The notes beneath the pieces were generated by a model. That model was given only the letters and a program-made list of their open reading frames with translations. It ran no database searches and was not told the DNA's origin. A program made the position numbers and the translations under genes. DNA of 64,000 nucleotides from Candidatus Poribacteria bacterium (GTDB lineage Bacteria > Poribacteria > WGA-4E > WGA-3G), in assembly GCA_003635255.1 (NCBI GenBank), contig PYJC01000068.1, positions 8,258 to 72,257 on the forward strand. Direction: 5' to 3'. This document shows, in pieces, positions 46,076-57,071 of the stretch (its first letter is position 1; each line of letters begins with the position of its first letter).

Positions 46076-48982
46076 ATGAAAAACAGTGATGCCCAGTTAA
46101 TCCATCGTGTTCTCAACGGCGATGAAACCGCTTTTTCAGAACTTGTGGAAAAATATCAAAAACAGGTGCACGCACTCGCGTGGCGAAAAATCGGTGATTT
46201 TCACATCGCCGAAGAAATTACACAGGATACATTTTTGAAAGCCTATCAGAAACTCCGAACGCTGAAGAAGCCGCAGCGTTTTGCAAGTTGGCTTTATGTG
46301 ATTGCCACAAACCGCTGCAACACATGGTTGCATAAAAAGCATTTTCGGACGCAGTTATTGAAAAACAAGGGCGGTGCACAACCTAAAAAAGCGTCGTATT
46401 CTGAATATGTCGTTGAAGAAAACGAGCGCATCTCTGTAGAGGCACAACGCGAGGTCGTCAAAAAACTGCTTGCGAAACTTGAGGAGAGCGAACGCACTGT
46501 AATGACGTTACATTACTTCGCAGAGATGTCGTGTACGGAGATCGGCGCGTTCTTAGGCGTATCCGCAAATACGATTAAGAGTCGACTGCGCCGTGCCCAA
46601 CAGCGTTTAAAAAGGGAAGAACCCGTCATAAGAGAGGCTTTAGAGAATTTCCAAATCTCACCGAATCTTACTGAAACCATCATGCGTGAAGTTTCACGTA
46701 TCAAACCGATGCCCCCGTCTTCTGGTAGTAAACCGTTCGTACCGTGGGCAGTTGCAGCTTCCACATTGGCCGTTATGTTGCTCGTACTCGGTTTTGGAAA
46801 CCAACAATACTTCGTGCGCTTTCAGAAACCTTATAGTTTAGATGCGACTTCGGAAATGACAGTTGACATCATTGACGCACCTATCATCGCGAACCTTGAA
46901 TCAAAAATAGATGTGCGGACACAAATAGGAAGGACCAACGCAGTGGGTAAGCGTCATACCCCTAAACAGCAACCTAACGATGCGCCCGCAACAATTGCAG
47001 AGTCACAAACGGAGGAAACCGTGAAAGATTGGACACAATGGGAATTGCCTGAAAAGGCAAAAGCGCGTCTCGGAAAAGGCGGAATCAACGTACTTCAATT
47101 CTCACCGGACGGCACCCAACTTGCCGTAGGCAGTAATATTGCGGTGTGGCTTTACGATGTGGAAACAGGAAAAGAAGGGTCCATGTTCCCCGGTAGGTGC
47201 CAATCCCTCGCATTTTCGCCAGATGGACGATTCCTTGCCCATGGAGGCGATGAGTACAGTGGAAAGGCACTTCAGCTGTGGGAAGTCGCTACCAGACAGA
47301 AAGTGGATCTTCCAGTATTGCAGTTCTCTGCCGCAGTATTGCAGTTCTCTGAGGACGGCAAAACGCTTATCAGTTTGGCAAATCATGGGCACTCAATTAG
47401 ACATTTAGATATTGATACCAAAAAGGGAAATGTGAAGAAGATCAAAGACCAATCTTCACATTTTTCCCCTGCCCCCGATGCACTCACTTACAATAAATTT
47501 GCTGTCGGCAGGAAGGACGGAAGAATTGAGTTGTGGGATACAATAACCGGTGAAAAATTATTCACGCTCAGCGGACATGCGGAACTATCTGCTCATTCTG
47601 AAGAACGCGCCTTCTCCGAGGGATGTGTCTTAGCCTTGGCATTTTCGCCCGATGGAACCCAACTCGCCAGCGGCGGTGGAGACACAACCGTACGATTATG
47701 GAATGCCACCAGCAACGATGAACCGACCATTCTCCACCAGCACCACGAAGGTTGGGTAAATGTGTTAGCATTTTCGCCGGACGGAAAAATGCTTGCAAGC
47801 GGAAGCACCGATAAGACCGTGCTTTTGTCGGATACCACCACAGGTAAACGACTCGCCGCACTCACTGGACATATTAACGGCATTACTGCCCTAACGTTTT
47901 CATCCGACGGTAGTAGGCTTGCAAGTGCAAGTGCAGACGGCACCGTACGATTTTGGGATACCAAGACCGGCAAATCGCTTGCTATGCCTATCAACGGACA
48001 TACACAATGGATAAAGGCGGCTACTTTCTTGAGAGAGAATTCGACGCTTGTTAGCGCGGCATCTAACGGCATAATTACCTTTTGGGATTTAAAAACACCA
48101 CAAAATCCAACGCTTCAGATGGGAGAACATCGGGATTGGTTCAGGAGTTTAGTGTTTTCACCAGATGGCACGAGGCTCGCCAGTATCGGTGTAGAACGTG
48201 CAAACATGATCTTCAAAATAGGGAGTGCCGTTCTTACCTTAACAACACCTGATAACTTGATCCGTTTAACTGACACCCGCACGGGGCATGAGGTAACTTT
48301 GAAAGAGACATCTTCTCCCTCAAATCCAACATTTTCAACTGATGGAAAAATGTTAGCCTTCAGCGGTTCGGATAAGATCCATTTGTGGCATACAGAAACA
48401 GGGCACACACTCGACATTTCCTTCTTTGATCCGAACGATCATCCCGGATCATCTTATCGCCCTGAAATCAGCGCACTGGCATTTTCCCCGGTTAGAAAAG
48501 AACTTGTCAGTTCTACTGAGACAGGAAAAGTTCAAGTATGGGATACGGAAACCGGTGTTGCATTAGCGACCCTTCTTGACGGACAGAATTTGGATGAGTT
48601 CGCAAATACTATTGAGGAACCAATTACAGCATTGACATTCTCGCCAGATGGAACGTTGCTTGCCGTGGGAAGTAATCAACGAATTCGCCTGTTCAGAAGT
48701 GAGAAATATATTGGCATGAAGGAAGAAATACCTCATGGTTCCGAAGTATTGGTATTTTCGCCGGATAATGGCGTGCTTGTGAATGGACGTATAAGTGGCG
48801 ATATCCAGTTATGGGATGTTATAACTGGGAACAAGCTCACCACACTCACCGGACATACAGCTCGCGTGGAGACGTTGAAATTCTCTCCCGATGGGAAAAC
48901 AATTGTCAGTACAGGAGCAGATGGCACAATTCTTTTGTGGGATTGGGAGGAAGTCCTTGAAGGTATAAAGGTAGGAGAATAA
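46076..48982 (+). CDS. ECF sigma-70 factor fused to transmembrane helix and WD40 beta-propellers
   Basis: Sigma region 2 (AF.ELV..YQ...AEEITQDTF..F.SWLY.IA.N), region 4 (EIG.FLGVS.NTIKSRLRRA), hydrophobic segment, many FSPDG..LAS...D.TVRLWD repeats. Confidence 0.9.
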   Translation: MKNSDAQLIHRVLNGDETAFSELVEKYQKQVHALAWRKIGDFHIAEEITQDTFLKAYQKLRTLKKPQRFASWLYVIATNRCNTWLHKKHFRTQLLKNKGGAQPKKASYSEYVVEENERISVEAQREVVKKLLAKLEESERTVMTLHYFAEMSCTEIGAFLGVSANTIKSRLRRAQQRLKREEPVIREALENFQISPNLTETIMREVSRIKPMPPSSGSKPFVPWAVAASTLAVMLLVLGFGNQQYFVRFQKPYSLDATSEMTVDIIDAPIIANLESKIDVRTQIGRTNAVGKRHTPKQQPNDAPATIAESQTEETVKDWTQWELPEKAKARLGKGGINVLQFSPDGTQLAVGSNIAVWLYDVETGKEGSMFPGRCQSLAFSPDGRFLAHGGDEYSGKALQLWEVATRQKVDLPVLQFSAAVLQFSEDGKTLISLANHGHSIRHLDIDTKKGNVKKIKDQSSHFSPAPDALTYNKFAVGRKDGRIELWDTITGEKLFTLSGHAELSAHSEERAFSEGCVLALAFSPDGTQLASGGGDTTVRLWNATSNDEPTILHQHHEGWVNVLAFSPDGKMLASGSTDKTVLLSDTTTGKRLAALTGHINGITALTFSSDGSRLASASADGTVRFWDTKTGKSLAMPINGHTQWIKAATFLRENSTLVSAASNGIITFWDLKTPQNPTLQMGEHRDWFRSLVFSPDGTRLASIGVERANMIFKIGSAVLTLTTPDNLIRLTDTRTGHEVTLKETSSPSNPTFSTDGKMLAFSGSDKIHLWHTETGHTLDISFFDPNDHPGSSYRPEISALAFSPVRKELVSSTETGKVQVWDTETGVALATLLDGQNLDEFANTIEEPITALTFSPDGTLLAVGSNQRIRLFRSEKYIGMKEEIPHGSEVLVFSPDNGVLVNGRISGDIQLWDVITGNKLTTLTGHTARVETLKFSPDGKTIVSTGADGTILLWDWEEVLEGIKVGE

Positions 48983-48993
48983 GCAGAGACATG

Positions 48994-49824
48994 TTAACGC
49001 TCTGATTTTAGCCACTTCTGCACTCGCGCCAACTTGTCAGCAGCGATATGAACGACATTATCATCTGTTGGAAAATCCCCATTTTCTACCTCATTTGTGT
49101 ATTGCAATATTGCCTCAAAGGTGCAATAGTCGTAATCCTGATAGCGTTTGGCGTGTTTGAAAAGGGGACCGATGCCTAATATATCGTTGATAACAAGCAC
49201 CTGTCCATCACAAAATCGTCCGGCCCCGATGCCGATCGTCGGAATATCGACAGTCTCAGTTATGATTTGACTGATCTCTTCAGTGATTTTCTCAAGGACG
49301 ATGAGTTTCGCGCCAGCATCGGCAAGTGCTGCAGCTGCTTCAATGAGTCGTTTCGCTCTGGTAAAGGTTTTTCCGTGCGTCGCCGCTTTGGAGCCATGGA
49401 TTTGCGGGTTATGTCCTATGTGCGCGCAAGTCTCTATGCCTTGTTCAACCAATGCCGTAACAATCGGAACTTTCTCTATACCGCCTTCCAATTTAACACC
49501 GTCTGCCCCATCTGCTAAGAAAAGTTTCGCATTGGCAACAGCATGCTTGACATCGCGATCGGCAGCATAAGGCATATCAACGAGGAGGTAGGCATCCGTC
49601 ACACCGCGACGCACTGCTTTAAGGTGATGACGCATATCTGCCATCGTCACCTCCGTCTCGCTTTTATAACCGAGGATATTCGTGCCGACGCTATCCCCAA
49701 CAAAAACGATGTCAATCCCCGCTTCGTCCTGCCAGCAAGCGGTAGGATAATCGTAACAGGTCAGCACAGTGATTGGTTGCCGTTCCTGTTTTTTAGCGTG
49801 TAGGTAAGCGATGTCTTTCTTCAC
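48994..49824 (-). CDS. panB: 3-methyl-2-oxobutanoate hydroxymethyltransferase
   Basis: LTCYDY, VGDSVG, DMPY, VKLEGG, PTIGIGAG..CDGQVLV..D.LG. Confidence 0.93.
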   Translation of the reverse strand: MKKDIAYLHAKKQERQPITVLTCYDYPTACWQDEAGIDIVFVGDSVGTNILGYKSETEVTMADMRHHLKAVRRGVTDAYLLVDMPYAADRDVKHAVANAKLFLADGADGVKLEGGIEKVPIVTALVEQGIETCAHIGHNPQIHGSKAATHGKTFTRAKRLIEAAAALADAGAKLIVLEKITEEISQIITETVDIPTIGIGAGRFCDGQVLVINDILGIGPLFKHAKRYQDYDYCTFEAILQYTNEVENGDFPTDDNVVHIAADKLARVQKWLKSER

Positions 49825-49844
49825 TTTCCTATTTTGCCTCCGTC

Positions 49845-50717
49845 TTAAGCCAAGACCTCTGCCACGGTTTCCCCGATCGTGGCGAGGCTATCGGCAACGG
49901 CAATTCCAGCACCTTTGAGTGCCTGAATTTTGTCCGCAGCGGTGCCTTGTCCACCAGAGATAATTGCCCCCGCATGTCCCATCCGTTTACCCGGCGGCGC
50001 GGTCTGTCCAGCAATAAACCCAACAACAGGCTTCGTCATTTTGTCCTTCACGAACTCCGCAGCCGTTTCCTCAGCCGTTCCACCGATTTCACCAATTAAA
50101 ACAACGGCGTGTGTGTCGTCGTCCACTTCAAAGAGTTTCAGGACATCAACAAAGCTCGTCCCAATCACCGGATCCCCACCGATACCGACACAGGTGGACT
50201 GTCCAATGCCGAGCCGTTTCAGTTGATAGGCTGCTTCGTATGTTAGTGTTCCACTCCGAGAAACGATCCCAACGTTACCAGGCGTATATGCAAACTCAGG
50301 CATCACCCCGATTTTGCATTCGCCTGGAGTAATCACACCGGGACAGTTCGGACCAATTAGCCTTGTCGGTTTCCCTTTCAGGAATGCCTTCGCTTTCACC
50401 ATGTCAAGCACAGGAATATGTTCGGAGATACAGACAATCAACGTAACACCCGCCGCCGCGGCTTCCATCACCGAATCCGCCGCATTGAAACGCGCGGGAA
50501 CGAAAATCAACGAGGTATCCGCGCCTGTCGCTGTGACACCTTCCGCTACAGTGTCAAACACCGGAATACCATTTACATCAGTTCCGCCTCTACCGGGGAC
50601 CGCACCAGCAACAATTTGGGTCCCATAAGCCGCACACTGCTCCGTATGAAAACGTCCAGAACGTCCTGTGATGCCTTGAACAATCACTTTTGTATTTTTG
50701 TTAACAAGTATACTCAT
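49845..50717 (-). CDS. sucD: Succinyl-CoA synthetase alpha subunit
   Basis: [33 protein letters not shown] (phospho-His). Confidence 0.97.
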   Translation of the reverse strand: MSILVNKNTKVIVQGITGRSGRFHTEQCAAYGTQIVAGAVPGRGGTDVNGIPVFDTVAEGVTATGADTSLIFVPARFNAADSVMEAAAAGVTLIVCISEHIPVLDMVKAKAFLKGKPTRLIGPNCPGVITPGECKIGVMPEFAYTPGNVGIVSRSGTLTYEAAYQLKRLGIGQSTCVGIGGDPVIGTSFVDVLKLFEVDDDTHAVVLIGEIGGTAEETAAEFVKDKMTKPVVGFIAGQTAPPGKRMGHAGAIISGGQGTAADKIQALKGAGIAVADSLATIGETVAEVLA

Positions 50718-50749
50718 ATTTTTTTATCGTTGTCGGTTAGATAACTAAT

Positions 50750-52186
50750 TTAGTATGCCCGAGCAAAAACTGCGATGTCTTCCGCAGATTTACCGCAGAC
50801 GATACACTCACCATCTCCACCCGGTTGTTCCATCGGGAGGCATCGGATCGTCGCTTGTGTCTCCTCGCTAACCTGATCCTCACATGCGGCATCACCACAC
50901 CAACGTGCGCGCGCAAATCCGTTCTCAATGACCTCCTTGAACGCGTCGTAAGTGTCGAGTTCAAATGTATTCGCATCGCGGAAATCCGTCGCCCGTTTGA
51001 GCATATCCGCTTGAATAGTCTCAAGCATCTGTGTTACCGTTTCCGCGACGTTATCAATCGGAACAAACGTTTTGCCCTCTTTACCCGGTATATCACGACG
51101 TGCAAGCACAATCTGCTGGTTGCTCAGATCACGGGGACCGATCTCAATACGAAGCGGCACGCCTTTAAGTTCCCATTCGTTGAATCGCCATCCGGGTGAA
51201 TACTCGAACCTATCGTCAATGTGATAACGGACACCGTTTAGGGTCTCACAAATACCGTCAACGGCTTGCATGACTGCTTGCTTATCATCGTCTCTATTCT
51301 TAGGAACGATTGGCACAATGACGAGCTGCGTAGGTGCGAGTCGCGGGGGTAGGACTAACCCTTGGTCATCCCCATGCGTCATAATAATCGCGCCGATTAT
51401 TCGAGTGCTTACCCCCCAACTCGTTGTCCAGCAATGTTGCTGTTTCTGATTGGCATCGAGATATTGAATATCAAAGGCTTTTGCGAAGTTCTGCCCGAGG
51501 TCGTGTGATGTCCCAGCTTGTAAGGCGCGTTTATCACCCATCATCGCTTCAATCGTATAAGAGGTCAGGGCACCAGGAAACTTTTCGCTTTCGCTCTTGC
51601 GACCAGGGATAACAGGTATCGCGGCTTCATTGACTGCAAAATCGGTATAGATATCCAGAATGCGGAGCGTTTCCTCTTCCGCTTCGGCGTGTGTAGCGTG
51701 TGCGGTATGCCCTTCCTGCCAGAAAAATTCTATCGTTCTGAGGAAAAGACGTGGACGCTGCTCCCAGCGGACGACGTTTGCCCACTGATTGATAAGTACA
51801 GGCAAGTCGCGGTAAGACTGGATCCACTGGCTATACATATAGCCGATAATGGTTTCAGATGTCGGACGCACCGCAAGCGGCTCCTCCAACTTTTTACCAC
51901 CACCGTGTGTGACAATAGCGAGTTCCGGTTTGAAGCCCTCAACGTGTTCTGCCTCTTTCTCAATAAAACTCATCGGAATGAAGAGCGGGAAAGCGGCATT
52001 TTGATGCCCTGTCTCCTTGAAACGGATATCTAACTGTTCTTTGACATTTTCCCAGAGCGCGTAACCGTAAGGACGCACAACCATGCAACCGCGCACAGGC
52101 GTGTAATCTGCCATCTCTGCCTGACGGATGACTTGAGTATACCATTTTGCGTAGTCTTCACTACGGGGAACTATTTTATCAAACAT
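50750..52186 (-). CDS. proS: Prolyl-tRNA synthetase (archaeal/eukaryote-type)
   Basis: RPTSET, QWANVVRWE, EFFWQEGHT, QAGTSH.LGQNF, C-terminal Cys cluster and ARAY end. Start M at 52186. Confidence 0.95.
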   Translation of the reverse strand: MFDKIVPRSEDYAKWYTQVIRQAEMADYTPVRGCMVVRPYGYALWENVKEQLDIRFKETGHQNAAFPLFIPMSFIEKEAEHVEGFKPELAIVTHGGGKKLEEPLAVRPTSETIIGYMYSQWIQSYRDLPVLINQWANVVRWEQRPRLFLRTIEFFWQEGHTAHATHAEAEEETLRILDIYTDFAVNEAAIPVIPGRKSESEKFPGALTSYTIEAMMGDKRALQAGTSHDLGQNFAKAFDIQYLDANQKQQHCWTTSWGVSTRIIGAIIMTHGDDQGLVLPPRLAPTQLVIVPIVPKNRDDDKQAVMQAVDGICETLNGVRYHIDDRFEYSPGWRFNEWELKGVPLRIEIGPRDLSNQQIVLARRDIPGKEGKTFVPIDNVAETVTQMLETIQADMLKRATDFRDANTFELDTYDAFKEVIENGFARARWCGDAACEDQVSEETQATIRCLPMEQPGGDGECIVCGKSAEDIAVFARAY

Positions 52187-52209
52187 CTCTTTTCCTTTAC
52201 GGATCCACG

Positions 52210-53400
52210 TTAATTGTCCGTTAAAGCGACGATGCCGGGTAACGGCTTTCCCTCTAAAAACTCTAATGAAGCACCGCCGCCCGTTGAGATATGCGTCATC
52301 CGATCTGCGACACCGGCTTGTTGGATCGCTGCGACACAATCGCCGCCACCGATGATGCTCACCGATTCCGAATCTGCAATCTGTTTCGCCACCGCGATCG
52401 TGCCTTGGGCAAACTTCTCGAATTCATAGACCCCCAAGGGACCATTCCATACCACTGTTTTTGCCACTGCAATCTGTTCACCAAACACTGATACCGTTTC
52501 GGGACCAATGTCTAACCCTTGCCATCCGTCAGGGATATCTCTTTCTCCAATAATCTGAGATTCAGTCTCAGGATCAAAGTCTTGTCCCACAACATGGTCC
52601 ACCGGTAGTAATACAGTGTCTGCAAAGTCTGACCTATCAACCAATGATCCCGCAACGTCAAGTTTCTCAGTTTCAACAAGCGAATTGCCGATACTGAGTC
52701 CTACTGCTGACAGAAATGTATATGCCATACCGCCGCCGATCAGGAGTTTATCTGCCTTTTCGAGGAGCGTTTCAATCAGCGTAATTTTGTCAGATATCTT
52801 CGCGCCTCCAAGAATAGCGACATAAGGACGTGCGGGGTTTTCAAGACTCGTGCTGAGATAGTAGGTTTCGCGTGCCAACAAGAGTCCCGCAACACATGGA
52901 TTAAGATAGTGCGTTACACCCTCGGTTGAAGCGTGTGCGCGGTGCGCGGTGCCGAAAGCATCATTCACATAGACATCTGCAAGCGAAGCGAGTTGTTGAG
53001 CAAACACTGCGTCATTTTCTATCTCTTCAGCGTAAAAACGGACGTTCTCAAGGAGCAGCACCTCGCCATTGCGCAAAGATTCTACAGCACTTTGCACCGA
53101 TTCACCGATGCAATCGTTGACGTGTGCTACGCGTGTGCCGAGCTTTCTGCTGAGGGCTACGGCGATCGGTTCTGTAGAGAGGGTCTTTCGATCAGCAATC
53201 GAACCCACTTCGGGTCTGCCTAAGTGTGTCACCAAAATGATTTTGGCATCCGTATTAATGAGTGATAAGAGTGTCGGCAGCGCAGCCGTAATGCGGGTCT
53301 CATCTGTAATCTTTCCTTCCTTCATTGGAACGTTGAAGTCTACCCGCACGAGAACGCGTTTTCCGGCAACGTCTATGTCCTTTAATTCAAGTTTTTCCAT
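52210..53400 (-). CDS. pgk: Phosphoglycerate kinase
   Basis: RVDFNVP, HLGRP, LLENVRF, DAFGTAHRAHAS, STGGGASLE. Confidence 0.97.
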   Translation of the reverse strand: MEKLELKDIDVAGKRVLVRVDFNVPMKEGKITDETRITAALPTLLSLINTDAKIILVTHLGRPEVGSIADRKTLSTEPIAVALSRKLGTRVAHVNDCIGESVQSAVESLRNGEVLLLENVRFYAEEIENDAVFAQQLASLADVYVNDAFGTAHRAHASTEGVTHYLNPCVAGLLLARETYYLSTSLENPARPYVAILGGAKISDKITLIETLLEKADKLLIGGGMAYTFLSAVGLSIGNSLVETEKLDVAGSLVDRSDFADTVLLPVDHVVGQDFDPETESQIIGERDIPDGWQGLDIGPETVSVFGEQIAVAKTVVWNGPLGVYEFEKFAQGTIAVAKQIADSESVSIIGGGDCVAAIQQAGVADRMTHISTGGGASLEFLEGKPLPGIVALTDN

Positions 53401-53531
53401 ATTTTTTAGAAGTTGTCAGTAACCATCAACAACGGATAATGATCTGGCAAGGACGTAAACTGTCAATACCACCTACTGAAAACTCAAGACCCTTTACCTG
53501 TCCAAGACCGGTTCCCCATCAATTCGGAAGG

Positions 53532-54716
53532 TTATGCAGCGTTCGCTGCCGTTACTGCGAGTTGTGCCGCTTCAGAGAGTCCCTCTGCTTGTTGAACATT
53601 CAAGTCCGACTCAGCGATAATTTGTTTGCCGAGTTCCACGTTCGTTCCTTCCAATCGAACCACGAGCGGGACGTTGAGTTCAACCTGTTTTGCCGCTTCA
53701 ACAATACCATTCGCGATGGTGTCGCATTTCATGATACCACCAAAGATGTTGACAAGGACAGCCTTCACATTTTCATCCGCGAGGATAAGACGGAAAGCAT
53801 GCGCGACCGCTTCTACGGATGCACCACCACCGACATCAAGGAAATTCGCCGGTTCGCCACCGTTCTGTTTGATAATATCCATTGTTGCCATCGCCAACCC
53901 AGCACCGTTCACCATACAACCGATATCGCCATCAAGACGGATGTAACTCAAACCCGATTCGCTCGCTTCCAATTCACTCGGATCTTCTTCGTGGGGGTCC
54001 CGCATCTCAGCAATATTAGGATGCCGCCAGAGTGAGTTATCATCAAAGTTAACCTTGGAGTCGAGAGCGACGATATCCAACGCGTTATCTATTCTTACAA
54101 TTGCCAACGGGTTAATCTCTACGAGTGAACAGTCGCATCCGGTAAACGTATTGTAAAGTGACAAGATTAACTTAGTCGCATTGGCGATAACTGGACGGTA
54201 CGCCGCGTCTGTAATCAATTTATAGACAAACGCCCGCGCTTGAAATTCGGTTAAATCGAAAGCCGGATCAATGTGTGTTCTAATGATCTTTTCGGGGGTT
54301 TTTGCTGCAACCTCTTCAATATTGACACCCCCCTCTTCACTACCAATTAAAGTCAGTTGAGAAGTCTCGCGGTCCAGCAAGATAGCGAGATAGTACTCTT
54401 TCTCTATTTCTACAGCTGTGGCGATCATCACTTTACGGACGCGTTTTCCTTCGGGACCGGTCTGCGGTGTTACGAGCTGCATGCCGAGGAGTGTTTCAGC
54501 GTGCTGTCTGACTTCCGCGGGTGAATTTGCGACTTTGATACCACCGCCTTTCCCGCGCCCGCCCGCATGAATTTGTGCTTTGACAACATATCTGTTACAA
54601 TTAAGCTCCCGTGCAACGGTTTCGGCTTCTTCTGGTGTTTCTGCAACTTCACCGGGTAGCATATTGACACCATGGGATTCTAAAATTTGTTTGGCTTGGT
54701 ATTCGTGGATATTCAT
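53532..54716 (-). CDS. sucC: Succinyl-CoA synthetase beta subunit
   Basis: [42 protein letters not shown]. Confidence 0.97.
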   Translation of the reverse strand: MNIHEYQAKQILESHGVNMLPGEVAETPEEAETVARELNCNRYVVKAQIHAGGRGKGGGIKVANSPAEVRQHAETLLGMQLVTPQTGPEGKRVRKVMIATAVEIEKEYYLAILLDRETSQLTLIGSEEGGVNIEEVAAKTPEKIIRTHIDPAFDLTEFQARAFVYKLITDAAYRPVIANATKLILSLYNTFTGCDCSLVEINPLAIVRIDNALDIVALDSKVNFDDNSLWRHPNIAEMRDPHEEDPSELEASESGLSYIRLDGDIGCMVNGAGLAMATMDIIKQNGGEPANFLDVGGGASVEAVAHAFRLILADENVKAVLVNIFGGIMKCDTIANGIVEAAKQVELNVPLVVRLEGTNVELGKQIIAESDLNVQQAEGLSEAAQLAVTAANAA

Positions 54717-54805
54717 ATCTTTGGTGTGGTTCTTCGGTAAGACTCCTTTAGCACTGGTAAGAACTGATGTATTTTGCCAATATATCTTGAATTAATATAT
54801 CAAGA

Positions 54806-54834
54806 ATTATACTATATTTGGGAGAAAATTGCAA
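54806..54834 (-). promoter_or_regulatory. Sigma70 promoter of sucC operon
   Basis: Minus strand TTGCAA-N17-TATAAT. Confidence 0.7.
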
Positions 54835-54896
54835 GTTTTTCAGGTTCGCTAACTATGCTGCTAAAGCCTGTTTAGACCGCAACAGATAAAACAGGT

Positions 54897-56501
54897 TTAG
54901 ACAAGTCCTGTTTCATTTGTAGGCCGTTCTTGTATCACTGGAATCACGTAACTCCGAATTATCAATCCGTCTATGGTTTCTGTCTCCACACGTGGTTCCG
55001 GCGTGTTGCGATGGTCAAACACAACGTAGTATCCCTCTTCGGTACCCTCTGATCTGACGTACGCTGCGAGCTGTGTTTTACCTGTCTGATACCGACTTTC
55101 TCCACCCCAGATTTTTGTTTCAACGATGTACTTTTGGTTTCTGTGGAGAATCAGGAGATCCATTCTACCGCGCCCTGTTGGCACCTCAAGATACATAGAC
55201 CCACCTACAATTTGGACAAACTGCTCAAGATAAGCAAAAAGGAGATGTTGTCCGACATATTCCTGGGGGGTATCCGGGACTTGTAGAATTTTGAAACCCA
55301 CACGGGCAATAAAGTCATTGAAGTTATCAAGGAGTGCCGCCATCTGAATCTGCCCGTCCCGTGTGAGATAACCCTGAAAGCCTTCGCGATTGTCTTCTGG
55401 TAGATAGTCCTGTTCCAATCCATTCACTATCGGCTTAAATACTCGAATGATACGATACTGGTAAATCGGATTGACAATTTCACACATACCATCAGCACCT
55501 TCAGCAATAACGCCATAAGTAGCAAGTTCGCTGATAATGTCACTGTCCAAGTTGAAGTCCACGCCTTCATCATAAGAAGCGATTTTCATGAGGAGTGCCT
55601 CAAATCGTCGGTCCCTGCGGATATTCGTTACCAGATGTTCAATGTTTGTACTTCGTCCGCGCAGGAGCTGCACATGCGCTTGTAAAAAATGTTCCATTGT
55701 AATTGGTTCGCTTTTTGGAATGTCTAATTCCTCGGTAAGAATTTGCGCGAAACGATTGACAAGCACAGGCTGTCCAGCAGTCTGTTTGTGAATAGCTTCA
55801 ATCGTTTCAGGCGTGAAGGGTTGCCCGACTTCATCGGTATATTGTGAAAGCAGCTCATGCACCTGTTCCAGCGTGAAATTGGGTAATTTGAATTCGTCTT
55901 GTATATTAAACGGAGAGATGGAGCGATCATAGTTGAGTTGTGTAATGTTCTTGACACCGACGATGCCGATACTGTGTGGGCATCGCTCCCTTCCAGAAAG
56001 GTAAATCTGGCGAAGCGAGTGTAGAAACCCTCTGAGAGCATCTCGTGGAATGCTATCAAACTCATCAATAATCATGACAAACCGTTGGTCTTCAAGCAAA
56101 TTCCCCAGATTTTCAAAAAACTCACGCATCGAAATAGGTTCGGTTATCTGTGCATTTGCCAAACAACTGGTAAGTCCATCGGAAGGATTCTCTCGACGTT
56201 TTTGATAGACTTTCTCAATCTCCTTACAAATTTCTTTGCCAAGAGACCGGTAAAAAGTGTTAGCATCACTGTCTACATATCCTTCAAAATTAAGGTGTAT
56301 TGGAAAATAGGTGTCTCTTTCAGCTTCAAGTGTGGTGAGTGCGTTTCGGAAGAAGGAAGTTTTGCCAGTCTGTCGCGGTGCAAAGAGAACAATGTACCTG
56401 CCTCTTTCTATCCGCTTGACCAAATCTGCGAGTTCATCTCTGCGGGCGACGACGTAGTTATCCTCAGGATAGACCGGACCACGAGTCTCAAACCATCTCA
56501 C
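54897..56501 (-). CDS. AAA-like ATPase (AAA_35-type) with C-terminal PD-(D/E)xK-like domain
   Basis: APRQTGKTS Walker A, IIDEFD Walker B, SPFNI; C-terminal E...GRGRMDL......IVETK. Confidence 0.8.
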   Translation of the reverse strand: MRWFETRGPVYPEDNYVVARRDELADLVKRIERGRYIVLFAPRQTGKTSFFRNALTTLEAERDTYFPIHLNFEGYVDSDANTFYRSLGKEICKEIEKVYQKRRENPSDGLTSCLANAQITEPISMREFFENLGNLLEDQRFVMIIDEFDSIPRDALRGFLHSLRQIYLSGRERCPHSIGIVGVKNITQLNYDRSISPFNIQDEFKLPNFTLEQVHELLSQYTDEVGQPFTPETIEAIHKQTAGQPVLVNRFAQILTEELDIPKSEPITMEHFLQAHVQLLRGRSTNIEHLVTNIRRDRRFEALLMKIASYDEGVDFNLDSDIISELATYGVIAEGADGMCEIVNPIYQYRIIRVFKPIVNGLEQDYLPEDNREGFQGYLTRDGQIQMAALLDNFNDFIARVGFKILQVPDTPQEYVGQHLLFAYLEQFVQIVGGSMYLEVPTGRGRMDLLILHRNQKYIVETKIWGGESRYQTGKTQLAAYVRSEGTEEGYYVVFDHRNTPEPRVETETIDGLIIRSYVIPVIQERPTNETGLV

Positions 56502-56537
56502 TTTTCTGTCCTCCTCTAAGGGTTTGTAGAGATTATA

Positions 56538-57056
56538 TCAGATTGAGGCATGGAAGTCTATAAAACACAACCTTCTTTTTTTTACAACAGACTTATCATC
56601 TTCAAGAGAATCAAGCAGGGTTTGAACGGTTTCTTGAAAAACTGGGTGCACAAGATCAGGTGCGATTTCCGCTAACGGAGCCAGCACAAAACGGCGACGA
56701 TGCATCTCTGGGTGAGGGATGACGAGTTTCTCCGTCTGAAGACACATATCTCCATAGATTAATATGTCCAAGTCAATCTCTCTTGGTCCCCAGCGAATGC
56801 GGTGTTGTCTACCAATAGCGGTCTCAATGTCTTTTAAGGCATGTAATAAAGATAAGGGAAGGAGGTCGGTTTGAATCGCAGCGACACCGTTCAAAAAGTG
56901 CGCTTGCGCCTCGTATCCGACAGGATCGGTTTTGTAAACGGAGGAAATCTTTTGTAAAGTGATCCCCTCCGTTTTTGATAAGGCATGGATAGCGTTCTGG
57001 ATATGCGCCAGTCGGTCGCCAATATTGCTTCCGAAACCAATGTAGACCGCATGCAT
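56538..57056 (-). CDS. folK: 2-amino-4-hydroxy-6-hydroxymethyldihydropteridine diphosphokinase
   Basis: [39 protein letters not shown]. Confidence 0.96.
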   Translation of the reverse strand: MHAVYIGFGSNIGDRLAHIQNAIHALSKTEGITLQKISSVYKTDPVGYEAQAHFLNGVAAIQTDLLPLSLLHALKDIETAIGRQHRIRWGPREIDLDILIYGDMCLQTEKLVIPHPEMHRRRFVLAPLAEIAPDLVHPVFQETVQTLLDSLEDDKSVVKKRRLCFIDFHASI

Positions 57057-57071
57057 AGAGTCTCCGAAGCA

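Noticed and set aside
50750-52339. Extended N-termini given by the ORF track (proS from 52339, Dph6-like from 44093, fabH from 62194, RraA from 24539)
   Set aside because: The extensions overlap neighbouring genes or repeats; downstream starts have RBSs and match family N-termini.
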